Shown here piece by piece: positions 31,997 through 40,059 of a stretch of DNA of 64,000 nucleotides (position 1 is the stretch's first letter; each line of letters opens with the position of its first letter). The stretch is from assembly GCA_963749705.1 (NCBI GenBank), contig CAVVNQ010000007.1, forward strand, positions 179,135-243,134, written 5' to 3'. Both the position numbers and the translations under genes were made by a program. The notes beneath the pieces were generated by a model. The model was not told the origin of the DNA. It saw only the letters and a program-made list of their open reading frames with translations, and ran no database searches. Source of the DNA: an uncultured Chloroflexia bacterium (GTDB lineage Bacteria > Chloroflexota > Limnocylindria > Limnocylindrales > CSP1-4).

Positions 31997-33262
31997 GGCC
32001 GGCACCGACGGGTCGGTCCGTATCGGGCCCGCCCGCCGCCTGCGCCACCAGTCGTACGCGAACAGCGCGAACGCCCCCAGCGCGACGATTGCCGTGATGA
32101 CCAGGCTGTCGCGGATCCCGATCGCCACCTCGAGCGTCCCGCCCACGCTCGGCGCGACGATCAGGGCGAGGTTCTGGACGCTCTGGTCGACCGAGCTGAA
32201 GGTGACCCCGTGCTCGCGGGGAATGCGTCGCATCAGTTCGTCGAACAGGGCGAGCTGGGCGCCCGCCGCGGCAAGCCCGCCCACGAACACCGCCGTCGCG
32301 ATGGCCGGCAGCCAGGACATGACGGACAGCGCCGCCGGCACCGCGGCTGCGGCGAGCAGCGCGGGAAGCAGGATCCCGGCCGCGCTGCGGCGTCGCGCCA
32401 GCTGTCGGACCGTCAGGTAGCCGATCACCGCCCCGGCCGACTGCGACGCGCCGATGATGCCGATCCACCCGTTCGATGCGTGGACCTCGTTGACGTAGAA
32501 CAGCGGCAGCAGTGGCATCGCCAGCCCGATGCTCGCCGTGTACACGATCGAGCGGGTCTCGAAGCGCAGGAACGACGGGCTCGAGCGGACGACGTCGATC
32601 GGCGCGCGCAGGCGCGCCGCGAGGGAGCTCGGCCGGACGGTCGCGCTGGGGACCTGGTCGGGCAGGACGATCCGCCGGGTGACGAGGTAGCTTCCGAGCC
32701 CCGCCACGGAGATCGCCACGAACAGGGTCTCGAAGTTGGCCGGGAACGGGAGCACCGTGAGCAGCTGCCCGGTGATGACGACGGCGATCGAGGTGACGAT
32801 GCCGGAGATCGCCCATCGCCGGCCGAGCAGGTCGAACCGCCCGTTGGGCCCGGCGGCCCCGTCCATGACGATCGGGAAGGCGACCAGGCCGGCCGTCGAC
32901 GGCAGCGAGGCAACGGCCCAGATGCCGAGGATCGCGGGGACCGCGATGTCGCGGGGCAGCAGCGCCGAAGCCACGCCCATCGTCCCGTAGCTGAGCCACG
33001 CGAGGAGGCGAAGCCGGCTGTACCAGGGCACGATGTTGCGGCGGCCCTGGAGCCAGCGCCCGAACGGGATGGCGAGCGTGAACGCGACCAGGGCCGGGAT
33101 CGAGGTCAGCAGGCCGACTGCGGTTCCCGACGCCCCGAGCTTGACCAGGTACACCGGGAGGAACGTTCCGCCGGCGACCACCAGCCCCAGGAACACCGAA
33201 TCGACCTGGACCAGCCGGTAGTTGCGGATCTGGTCCGGAGTCGGGCGAATGGACGGCTTCAT
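31886..33262 (-). CDS. MFS transporter
   Basis: About 12 hydrophobic segments in 6+6 arrangement; overlaps the 3' end of the convergent gene. Confidence 0.8.
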   Translation of the reverse strand: MKPSIRPTPDQIRNYRLVQVDSVFLGLVVAGGTFLPVYLVKLGASGTAVGLLTSIPALVAFTLAIPFGRWLQGRRNIVPWYSRLRLLAWLSYGTMGVASALLPRDIAVPAILGIWAVASLPSTAGLVAFPIVMDGAAGPNGRFDLLGRRWAISGIVTSIAVVITGQLLTVLPFPANFETLFVAISVAGLGSYLVTRRIVLPDQVPSATVRPSSLAARLRAPIDVVRSSPSFLRFETRSIVYTASIGLAMPLLPLFYVNEVHASNGWIGIIGASQSAGAVIGYLTVRQLARRRSAAGILLPALLAAAAVPAALSVMSWLPAIATAVFVGGLAAAGAQLALFDELMRRIPREHGVTFSSVDQSVQNLALIVAPSVGGTLEVAIGIRDSLVITAIVALGAFALFAYDWWRRRRAGPIRTDPSVPASGAGVDDLQVGAGDAPQGVEVVIVPATVGGAGDVPG

Positions 33263-33274
33263 GCAGGGTGAACG

Positions 33275-34372
33275 CTACCGCCTGTCGACTCCGCGTGGCG
33301 GCCGCGCACGGCGGCGCGCGCCGAGCGCCAGGCTGCCGGCGGCGACGAGCGCCAGCAGGAGGAACACGCCCACGCCGAGCGTCGCATCGAACCCCGCCGC
33401 GCTCGCGGTCTCGATGCCCGGCACACCGGACGGAGCCGGCGTTGCCGGCGTCGTCGTGGGCGGCGGGGACGGACTGGCGAGGACGGCTGCGACGTCGACC
33501 GATCGGGTTGTGGACGTCCCCGCGAGGGCTGGGGCCGCTGCCCGGTCAGTGGCGACGGTGGGCGTTGCGGCGATCGCCGCCGGCCGCGCGGTGGGCGTCG
33601 ACGTGGGCTTCGGCTTCGGGGTCGGCGTCGGCGTTGGCTTGGGTGCTGCCACAGCCGCCGCGATGGGTTGAACGGAGACCCAGCGACCCTCCCAGGCCAT
33701 CTTCACCCGGGCGTAGTGCCAGGGCGTGAAGAACGTCCTGAGCTGGGCGACCGTGAGCCTGGTGTCGGGGCGCATGTCGTAGCCGTAGGTCCGGCTCTGG
33801 AGGCCCCACAGCGGCCCGGTGACCCGCACGCTGGTGACCGTGAAATGCGTCGTGACGGCAGGGTCGGCGGTCGCCGTGAACCCGGTCAGGATCCACGCGT
33901 GGTTCCCGTGCGAGACCGTGATCGCGACCGGCAGGTTCGTACGCCGCAGGTTGGTGACCGCCGATCGGAGGGCGCTGTCGAAGCTGGTGCTCGCCACCAG
34001 CCGGTACCGGCCGTCGACGTAGTGGCGGAGGCCGGCCGTCCAGCCGGCCGGATCGACGCCGTCGCTGACCGGGATCGCATAGCGGTTGTGCGCGCGCATG
34101 TAGTCGAAGTAGCGCTGCTGGCCGGATCTCGAGTGGTCGGCCTGGTGGCGCGCGATGTTGCGCATGATCTGCACATCCGCTGCCGTGCACCACAGCCAGG
34201 TCTGCTGCGTCGTGAACACGCCGCCGCGATAGAGGTCGATCCCGCCGGTCCAGCGTGGCAGCGAGGCGGCCGCGGCCGGACGCGGCGACACCGAGCCGCC
34301 GGCGCCGAGGGCGAGCAGGAGGGCGGCGAGAACGACCCGGGCGATCAGCCTCGGGCGAGACGGGCTGCGCAC
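33275..34372 (-). CDS. Surface-anchored papain-like (C39-like) cysteine peptidase
   Basis: Signal peptide; QQTWLWCTAA (Gln/Cys), GNHAWILTGF (His); PT linker; C-terminal TM + Arg tail. Confidence 0.6.
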   Translation of the reverse strand: MRSPSRPRLIARVVLAALLLALGAGGSVSPRPAAAASLPRWTGGIDLYRGGVFTTQQTWLWCTAADVQIMRNIARHQADHSRSGQQRYFDYMRAHNRYAIPVSDGVDPAGWTAGLRHYVDGRYRLVASTSFDSALRSAVTNLRRTNLPVAITVSHGNHAWILTGFTATADPAVTTHFTVTSVRVTGPLWGLQSRTYGYDMRPDTRLTVAQLRTFFTPWHYARVKMAWEGRWVSVQPIAAAVAAPKPTPTPTPKPKPTSTPTARPAAIAATPTVATDRAAAPALAGTSTTRSVDVAAVLASPSPPPTTTPATPAPSGVPGIETASAAGFDATLGVGVFLLLALVAAGSLALGARRRARPPRGVDRR

Positions 34373-34437
34373 GCGCCTATCGTCCGCCTGTCCGGCGGAT
34401 CTGTCATCGACGAGCAAGGCGAGGGGCGATGCCGGGG

Positions 34438-34869
34438 CTACAGACCCAGCAGGCGGCGCTTCGCGGCGGTGAACTCCTCGTCGGTCAGCTTGCCGCGATC
34501 GTGCAGCTCCGCGAGCTCCCGAAGCCGGTCGATGCCGTCATCAACCGAGGCCTGGAACGTGGTCGCGGGTGGTGACGCCGGCGCCTGGCCCGGGCCGCCC
34601 GGCGGCGGGTTGCGCTCGTCGAGCACCCTGACCAGCCCGACGACCAACAGCAGCCCGAGTCCGACGAGCAGCACCAGCCAGATCAGGCCGCCCAGCACCA
34701 CGCCCGGACCGGCCCCCTGGCCGCGTGGAGCAAAGCCGCGCATCGGCATGTTGTCAAAGAATCCGCGGTTCGCCGCCGCCGATCCCAGCCCGAAGGCGAT
34801 CAGAGCCACCGCGGCCACCACGATGACGAGGACGGCGATCCACAGGTACCGGCGGTTCCCAGCTTGCAT
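34438..34869 (-). CDS. SHOCT-domain membrane protein
   Basis: Two TM helices; LRELAELHDRGKLTDEEFTAAKRRLL. Confidence 0.85.
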   Translation of the reverse strand: MQAGNRRYLWIAVLVIVVAAVALIAFGLGSAAANRGFFDNMPMRGFAPRGQGAGPGVVLGGLIWLVLLVGLGLLLVVGLVRVLDERNPPPGGPGQAPASPPATTFQASVDDGIDRLRELAELHDRGKLTDEEFTAAKRRLLGL

Positions 34870-34995
34870 CTTGGGCCTCTGCGCTCATCCGCCGGCGGCT
34901 GGACGGCCGCCGGCGGTCCGAACTTGCGCGCTTGGTCATCCGCGCGCCATCACAGGATCGCCGATCCGGATGAGAAGCGCGTGACAGCCACGAGA

Positions 34996-36297
34996 TCAGG
35001 CCGACGGCTGCCCACCGGCCAGGATCCAGGTCGAACCGTCGGCGCCGTCACGGACCTCGATGCCGGCCTCGCCGAGCCGGTCACGGACCAAGTCGGCAGT
35101 CGCGTAGTCGCCGGCGTCCCGGGCCCGAGCTCGCAGGGTGAGCAGCGTCTCGACGAGCGGGCTGACCGTGGACCGTGGATCGCCGGCTCCGGTCGTGGCC
35201 GCCTCGCCCAGCCGGACGATCAGCGCCCGGAACGTCGAGCTGGCGTTGTCCAGGTCCGGGCTGTCCTCGCCGGCCCGGATCCGGGCCTCGATCGAGCTGT
35301 CAAGGTCGAGCAGCGCGGCCACGGCTGCGCGCGGATCGCCCTGCGCGAGCGCGGCGATGAACGCCCCTTCGAGGTCCGCCATCTCGTCCCGCAGCGGCTC
35401 CGCAGACCGCGTCCCGCGGCCGGCGGTCGACAGGGCTCGATCGGCATCGCGCTGACCTGTCCCGGGCGCGACATCGACCGCCTCGCCCGTCGCCAGCCGT
35501 CGAGCCGCAGCTGCCAGCGCGTCGATGTCGACATCGCTCCCGGCCGGGAACACCGCCGACCGTCCCCCGACGCGGACGGTCACGGCGCCCAGCCCCGACA
35601 CGGTCGCGGTCCCGCGCTCAAGGTCGAGCACGAGCGCCGTGTGGCCGTCGACGCCAAGCACGAACACGTCCTCCGGGAGCTGGGCCTCGAGCTGTCGCAG
35701 CCGGCGCTCGCCCATGTAGCAGAAGCGGGTGTCGTGGTTGCCGCCCTCGGCGTTGTCGTAGTGGGGGACGACCGCGGCGCGGAGCCCGGTCGCGGGCCCC
35801 AGGAGGTCGAGCCCTTGCAGCCAGGTCGGGTCGGCGCCGACCTTGTAGATCTCGTACACGGGGATGGTCAGCACCCCCAGCGTGAGCGCCGCCGCGCTGG
35901 CCATGGTCAGGATCCCGCCGTCCCGCAGCAGCGCCGCGAGCGAGGCCGGGATGGGGCCGTCGGCCCAGTGGCGGAGCGCGTAGCTCGGGCTCCCGGGGCC
36001 GGCCATCAGGTAGCGAGCCTCGCGGATCCGCGCGAGGGCCGTCGCGGCGGTCACCGCATCGACGTCGCGGGACCGGTAGGACGCCGCCGCCACGGTGCGC
36101 CCGACGCTGTCCGCGAAGAACCGGACCGTCCGCGCGGTCAGCTCGTCCGCGTTCTCCTGGAACCCGTACGGGGTATCGAGGACGGCCGCCGGCACCGGTC
36201 CATCGCCGAGGCGCGCGAACAGCTCGCGATGGACCTTCGCCATCGTCGGCGCGGTCTCGCCCGAGCCCATGATCGCCAGCACGCGGGGCAGGCTCAC
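34996..36297 (-). CDS. Peptidase S51/cyanophycinase-like domain fused to a CysRS C-terminal anticodon-binding-like domain
   Basis: IMGSGE, GPGSPSYAL, ASAAA, VPHYDN; C-terminal RARDAGDYATADLVRDRLGEAGIEVRDGADGSTW. Confidence 0.7.
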   Translation of the reverse strand: MSLPRVLAIMGSGETAPTMAKVHRELFARLGDGPVPAAVLDTPYGFQENADELTARTVRFFADSVGRTVAAASYRSRDVDAVTAATALARIREARYLMAGPGSPSYALRHWADGPIPASLAALLRDGGILTMASAAALTLGVLTIPVYEIYKVGADPTWLQGLDLLGPATGLRAAVVPHYDNAEGGNHDTRFCYMGERRLRQLEAQLPEDVFVLGVDGHTALVLDLERGTATVSGLGAVTVRVGGRSAVFPAGSDVDIDALAAAARRLATGEAVDVAPGTGQRDADRALSTAGRGTRSAEPLRDEMADLEGAFIAALAQGDPRAAVAALLDLDSSIEARIRAGEDSPDLDNASSTFRALIVRLGEAATTGAGDPRSTVSPLVETLLTLRARARDAGDYATADLVRDRLGEAGIEVRDGADGSTWILAGGQPSA

Positions 36298-37148
36298 GAT
36301 CCCGCCCCGTCGGCCGCCAGCTCGAGCATCACCGTTGCCACTTCGTCGGGATGCTGCGCGTGGATGTCGTGATCACCCCGGAACCAGCGGACCCGAGCCC
36401 GCGGGATCCGTCGGGCGGCCTCCTCGACGTCGGCGCGCTTCCTGCCCGTGCGCTCGGGATCGCCGCTGTCAGCCGGCATCAGCAGGACCGGGGCCTCGAT
36501 CAGCGGATACCGGTCCACCGGCCGGTGCTCCCACAGCCCCCGCAGGACCGCCATGTGGCGGTCGAGGGTGAGCCACAGCGCGACGGTGCCGTCGGGCCGA
36601 CGCTCGAAGTTCGCGAGCGCCCCCTGGATGCCGGTCTCGGGCCAGTCCGGGTGTACCGAACGGAGGTACGCCTCGACCTCCGCGAACCGCCGCCCCGCAA
36701 GGTCAGGCGGTGCGAGCGCAGCACGGCACGTATCCCAGTCCGGGAAGTCGCGCCCGAGCTGGAGCCAGCCCCCGTCGACGCAGGCGACCCCGCCGATCAT
36801 TGCCGGCTCCCCGGCGGCCAGCTCGATCACCACGTTGCCGCCCCATGACTGGCCGGCGACCACCGGACGCTCCAGCCCCAGCCGCTCGATCAGGCCGGCG
36901 AGATCCGCGGCGACCGTGGCCACGTCGTACGGACCGTCGGGCTTCGAGGATCGCCCATGGCCGCGAAGATCGACGGCGAGCACGCGGTGGCCGTGCGCGA
37001 CCAGCCGCGCGGCCACGCCATCCCACATCCGGGCGTTCGAGGCCAGTCCGTGGACGAGCAGGTACGGCGGGCCTGCGATGTCCGCCGGTGCCCAGCTGTC
37101 GACCGCCAGCTCCACGCCCTCGGCGACCAGGACCCGTTCGGTATGCAT
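36294..37148 (-). CDS. Alpha/beta hydrolase
   Basis: LVHGLAS, DLRGHGRS, GQSWGG nucleophile elbow, GDHDIH. Confidence 0.9.
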   Translation of the reverse strand: MHTERVLVAEGVELAVDSWAPADIAGPPYLLVHGLASNARMWDGVAARLVAHGHRVLAVDLRGHGRSSKPDGPYDVATVAADLAGLIERLGLERPVVAGQSWGGNVVIELAAGEPAMIGGVACVDGGWLQLGRDFPDWDTCRAALAPPDLAGRRFAEVEAYLRSVHPDWPETGIQGALANFERRPDGTVALWLTLDRHMAVLRGLWEHRPVDRYPLIEAPVLLMPADSGDPERTGRKRADVEEAARRIPRARVRWFRGDHDIHAQHPDEVATVMLELAADGAGS

Positions 37149-37275
37149 GCCGACGATGGTAGTCGGCCCGGGCCGCGGACCTCCGTGTCGGAAGCGGGCC
37201 CGGAGCGGTTCCGTCGCCCCGGGCCCTCGCCCGCCGTCCCTGGCTGGGGACGATGGGTTGCGCCCAGACTATCAG

Positions 37276-37338
37276 CGGACCGCCGGACCGCCGGACGCCC
37301 GGACCGCCGGACCGCCGAACCACGGACCACCCGGACGG
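37276..37338. repeat. Degenerate 8-bp tandem repeat (CGGACCGC)n in a divergent intergenic region
   Basis: cggaccgc cggaccgc cggacgcc cggaccgc cggaccgc cgaacca cggaccac ccggacg. Confidence 0.8.
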
Positions 37339-37441
37339 CAGGTGCGGACGCGTAGGTGACCGCGCCGGTCGCCGTGATGCGCGAGCCTGCCGGGTGCCCG
37401 ACATCGGCCGGTCGTTGAGGCGTGCCTGCTATCGTGCGATC

Positions 37442-38257
37442 GTGGACGGGGAGGCGATCCGGCAGCACGAACCCGTGGACGACGGGCCGACCTCCGCGCT
37501 CACCGCGCGGTGGCTGGGCCGGGTCGACTATCGCGATGCGTGGCGGCTCCAGAAAGGGCTCGCGGCGGCGAGGGCCGATGGGCAGATCGGGGACCAGCTG
37601 CTGCTCCTGGAGCATCCGGCGGTGCTGACGCTCGGACGCCAGGCCGATGATGCCCATGTGCTGGCCCCGCCGGCGCTGCTCGAGGAGCGCGGCATCGAGC
37701 TGCTGCGCGTCGAGCGCGGCGGAGAGGTGACCTATCACGGTCCCGGCCAGCTGGTCGCGTACCCGATCATCCGTCTCGCCGACCGGGATCTCCTGCTTCG
37801 TCCGTTCGTCCGCGCGCTCGAGGCGTCGCTGATCGAGACGTGCGCCGCCTTCGGCGTCAGCGCCGGGCGCCGAGACGGCCATCCCGGTTGCTGGGTGGAC
37901 GGCGACGGTCCGCTCCCGCGCAAGATCGGCGCGCTCGGGATCCGCGTGGAACGCGGTGTCGCCTACCACGGGATCGCGCTCAACGTGAACGTGGCGCTCG
38001 CGGACTTCGACCTGATCGACCCGTGCGGGATGCCCGGCCTGACCTCGGCCTCGATCGCGTCGGAGCTCGGCCGGCGCGACGAGACGCCATCGATCGCGGC
38101 GGTCGCCGCCGCCGCCGCCGTGTTCGCCCGAGCGCTGGCCGATCGGATCGGTGCGCCGCTCACGGGCCGGCTTCCGCCCGACGCCGACCCGGCCGGCGAG
38201 CGGGTGGCCATCGAGCGCCTCGCCATCGAGCGGCAGACCGCCGTTCCGGTCTCCTGA
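37442..38257 (+). CDS. lipB: Octanoyltransferase
   Basis: LLLEHPAVLTLGR, RGGEVTYHGPGQLVAYP, KIGALG, HGIALN, PCG. Confidence 0.95.
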   Translation: MDGEAIRQHEPVDDGPTSALTARWLGRVDYRDAWRLQKGLAAARADGQIGDQLLLLEHPAVLTLGRQADDAHVLAPPALLEERGIELLRVERGGEVTYHGPGQLVAYPIIRLADRDLLLRPFVRALEASLIETCAAFGVSAGRRDGHPGCWVDGDGPLPRKIGALGIRVERGVAYHGIALNVNVALADFDLIDPCGMPGLTSASIASELGRRDETPSIAAVAAAAAVFARALADRIGAPLTGRLPPDADPAGERVAIERLAIERQTAVPVS

Positions 38258-38276
38258 ACGGCCGGGTGGTGGAGAC

Positions 38277-39278
38277 GTGAGCCAGGGCCTGTTCGAGCTC
38301 CGCAAGGATGCGATCACCGGCTGGTGGGTCGCAACGATCATCGATCGCACCTTCGCGCGCGAGCAATTCGCGCTGCCCGCGGCACGGGTCGACGACCGGG
38401 ACGACTGCTTCAACTGCCGGCTTCCCCCCGGGGACGGCATCCGCCTGCGGACGCTCAGGGACTTCGCGTTCACCGTCGCCGGCACCGAGGAGGAGGCGCG
38501 AGCCCGGGCGTCGGTGGCCCAGGTCACGATCTCGGATGCGCGCGCCGCCGGATCCTGGCGGACCGTGGTCGCGCCGCCGGGAGAGCATCGGCCGCTCCAC
38601 GCGGTGGGCAACGCGACGATCGAGGAGCTCCTGGCCCGCTGCCGGGACGAGATCACGGCGGCGCGCCGCGCCGACCGCACCCAGCACCTCCAGATCGTCC
38701 AGAACTGGGGCGCCCAGGCGGGTGCGCGGACGAACCACCTGTGCTTCGATCTCTATGACCTTCCCCAGATCCCGCACCGTGTCGCCGAGGAGCTGGGCGG
38801 CGCGGCCCGGTTCCTGATCCGCGAGGGAGAGTGCCCGTACTGCCGGCTCGTTCGAGAGGAGGTGCGGCGCCCGGACCACTTGCTCTACGCCGACGACCAC
38901 GCGGTCGCGTTCGCGCCGTATGCGTCGCGGTCGCCGTTCGAGGTGTGGGTCGTGCCTCGCCGGCACGATGCGGACTTCGCCGGCGCGACGGACCGTGACA
39001 TCGCCGCGGCAGCGGAGGCGCTTCGCCAGGTCCTCGGCCGCCTCGCGGCGAGCCTCGATGGCCCGCCGTACAACCTCGTGCTCCACTCGGCCCCGCTCAG
39101 GGAGCAGGTCGAGTCGACGTACCATTGGCACTGGGAGATTCACCCGAGGCTGCGCGAGATCGCAGGTCTCGAGCTCGGCACCGGCCTGCCGGTGAACCCG
39201 GTGTCCCCGGAGGACGCCGTGGAGGAGCTCCGATCGGGTTTCTCGGGCGAGGGTCCGCCGGAGCACCCCGCACGGTGA
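38277..39278 (+). CDS. GalT/HIT-like protein with degenerate catalytic motif
   Basis: ELRKDAITGWWV, CFNC, NWGAQAGA, CPYC, PYASRSPFE, YHWHWEIHPRL, AGLELGTG. Confidence 0.8.
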   Translation: MSQGLFELRKDAITGWWVATIIDRTFAREQFALPAARVDDRDDCFNCRLPPGDGIRLRTLRDFAFTVAGTEEEARARASVAQVTISDARAAGSWRTVVAPPGEHRPLHAVGNATIEELLARCRDEITAARRADRTQHLQIVQNWGAQAGARTNHLCFDLYDLPQIPHRVAEELGGAARFLIREGECPYCRLVREEVRRPDHLLYADDHAVAFAPYASRSPFEVWVVPRRHDADFAGATDRDIAAAAEALRQVLGRLAASLDGPPYNLVLHSAPLREQVESTYHWHWEIHPRLREIAGLELGTGLPVNPVSPEDAVEELRSGFSGEGPPEHPAR

Positions 39279-39298
39279 GTGGGGCGGGGGGAGGAGGC

Positions 39299-39325
39299 CG
39301 TCACACGCACGGGGATCGCGGCGTC
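39299..39325 (+). promoter_or_regulatory. Candidate ECF-sigma promoter upstream of the sigma gene
   Basis: CGTCACA-N16-CGTC. Confidence 0.45.
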
Positions 39326-39447
39326 AAACGGATTCGGAGCGCAACGCTCCCGATCGGCGCCCCCGGCCGATCAGCCGCACCGGAGCTCCAGTGGCCGCAA
39401 ACCTCCCCAGGATCCAACAGCGCCGACTCGTGCCCACGGGGCTTGCC

Positions 39448-40059
39448 GTGAGCGCGGGCTGGGATCGCGACGAGGCGTACCGCTTCGTCGAGGACCTGTT
39501 CGCACGGCACCAGAACGAGATCTACGCCTACCTCCTGCGGATGCTCCGTGACCCGGAGCTTGCGGCCGATCTGACGCAGGACGCGTTCGTCAAGGCATAT
39601 CGCGCCTACGACGCGCTCCAGAAGCCCGAGAACGCCCGAGCGTGGCTGTACCAGATCGCCCACCGCGTCGCCCTCGATGACCTGCGCCGCCGGCGGATCG
39701 TGCGCTTCGTGCCGCTGGTCGGCGACACGCGCGGCGCGGCGCCATCCGCCGAGCACCTGGTGATGGACGCGCGCCTCTCGGGCGACCTCCAGCGCGCCCT
39801 CGAGCAGATCCCCGACCGGCAGCGGTCCGCACTCCTGCTGGCGGAGCTCCACGACCTGACCGGCATCGAGCTGGCGGCGGCACTGGGCGTCTCGCATGTC
39901 GCGGCGCGTGCCCTCCTGACCCGTGCCCGCGAGAGCCTGCGACGGGCCCTGGCTGCCGAGCGCGAGCAGCAGGCGGCCGCCGATGGGGCTCGAGAGCATT
40001 CTGCGGGAGCCATCGGGGCCGACGATGAACGGCGCCGTCGCCCGGGTGCGGGACGGTGA
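39448..40059 (+). CDS. ECF RNA polymerase sigma factor
   Basis: AADLTQDAFVKA, RAWLYQIAHR, region 4 ELAAALGVS..ARALLTRAR; start could be 39391. Confidence 0.9.
   Translation: MSAGWDRDEAYRFVEDLFARHQNEIYAYLLRMLRDPELAADLTQDAFVKAYRAYDALQKPENARAWLYQIAHRVALDDLRRRRIVRFVPLVGDTRGAAPSAEHLVMDARLSGDLQRALEQIPDRQRSALLLAELHDLTGIELAAALGVSHVAARALLTRARESLRRALAAEREQQAAADGAREHSAGAIGADDERRRRPGAGR

Noticed and set aside
27200-35000. Prophage or integrative element carrying the peptide system (arbitrium-like)
   Set aside because: No integrase, transposase, phage genes, tRNA or att-like repeats seen; appears chromosomal
34996-36297. Cysteinyl-tRNA synthetase
   Set aside because: Only the C-terminal tail matches; no class I catalytic motifs
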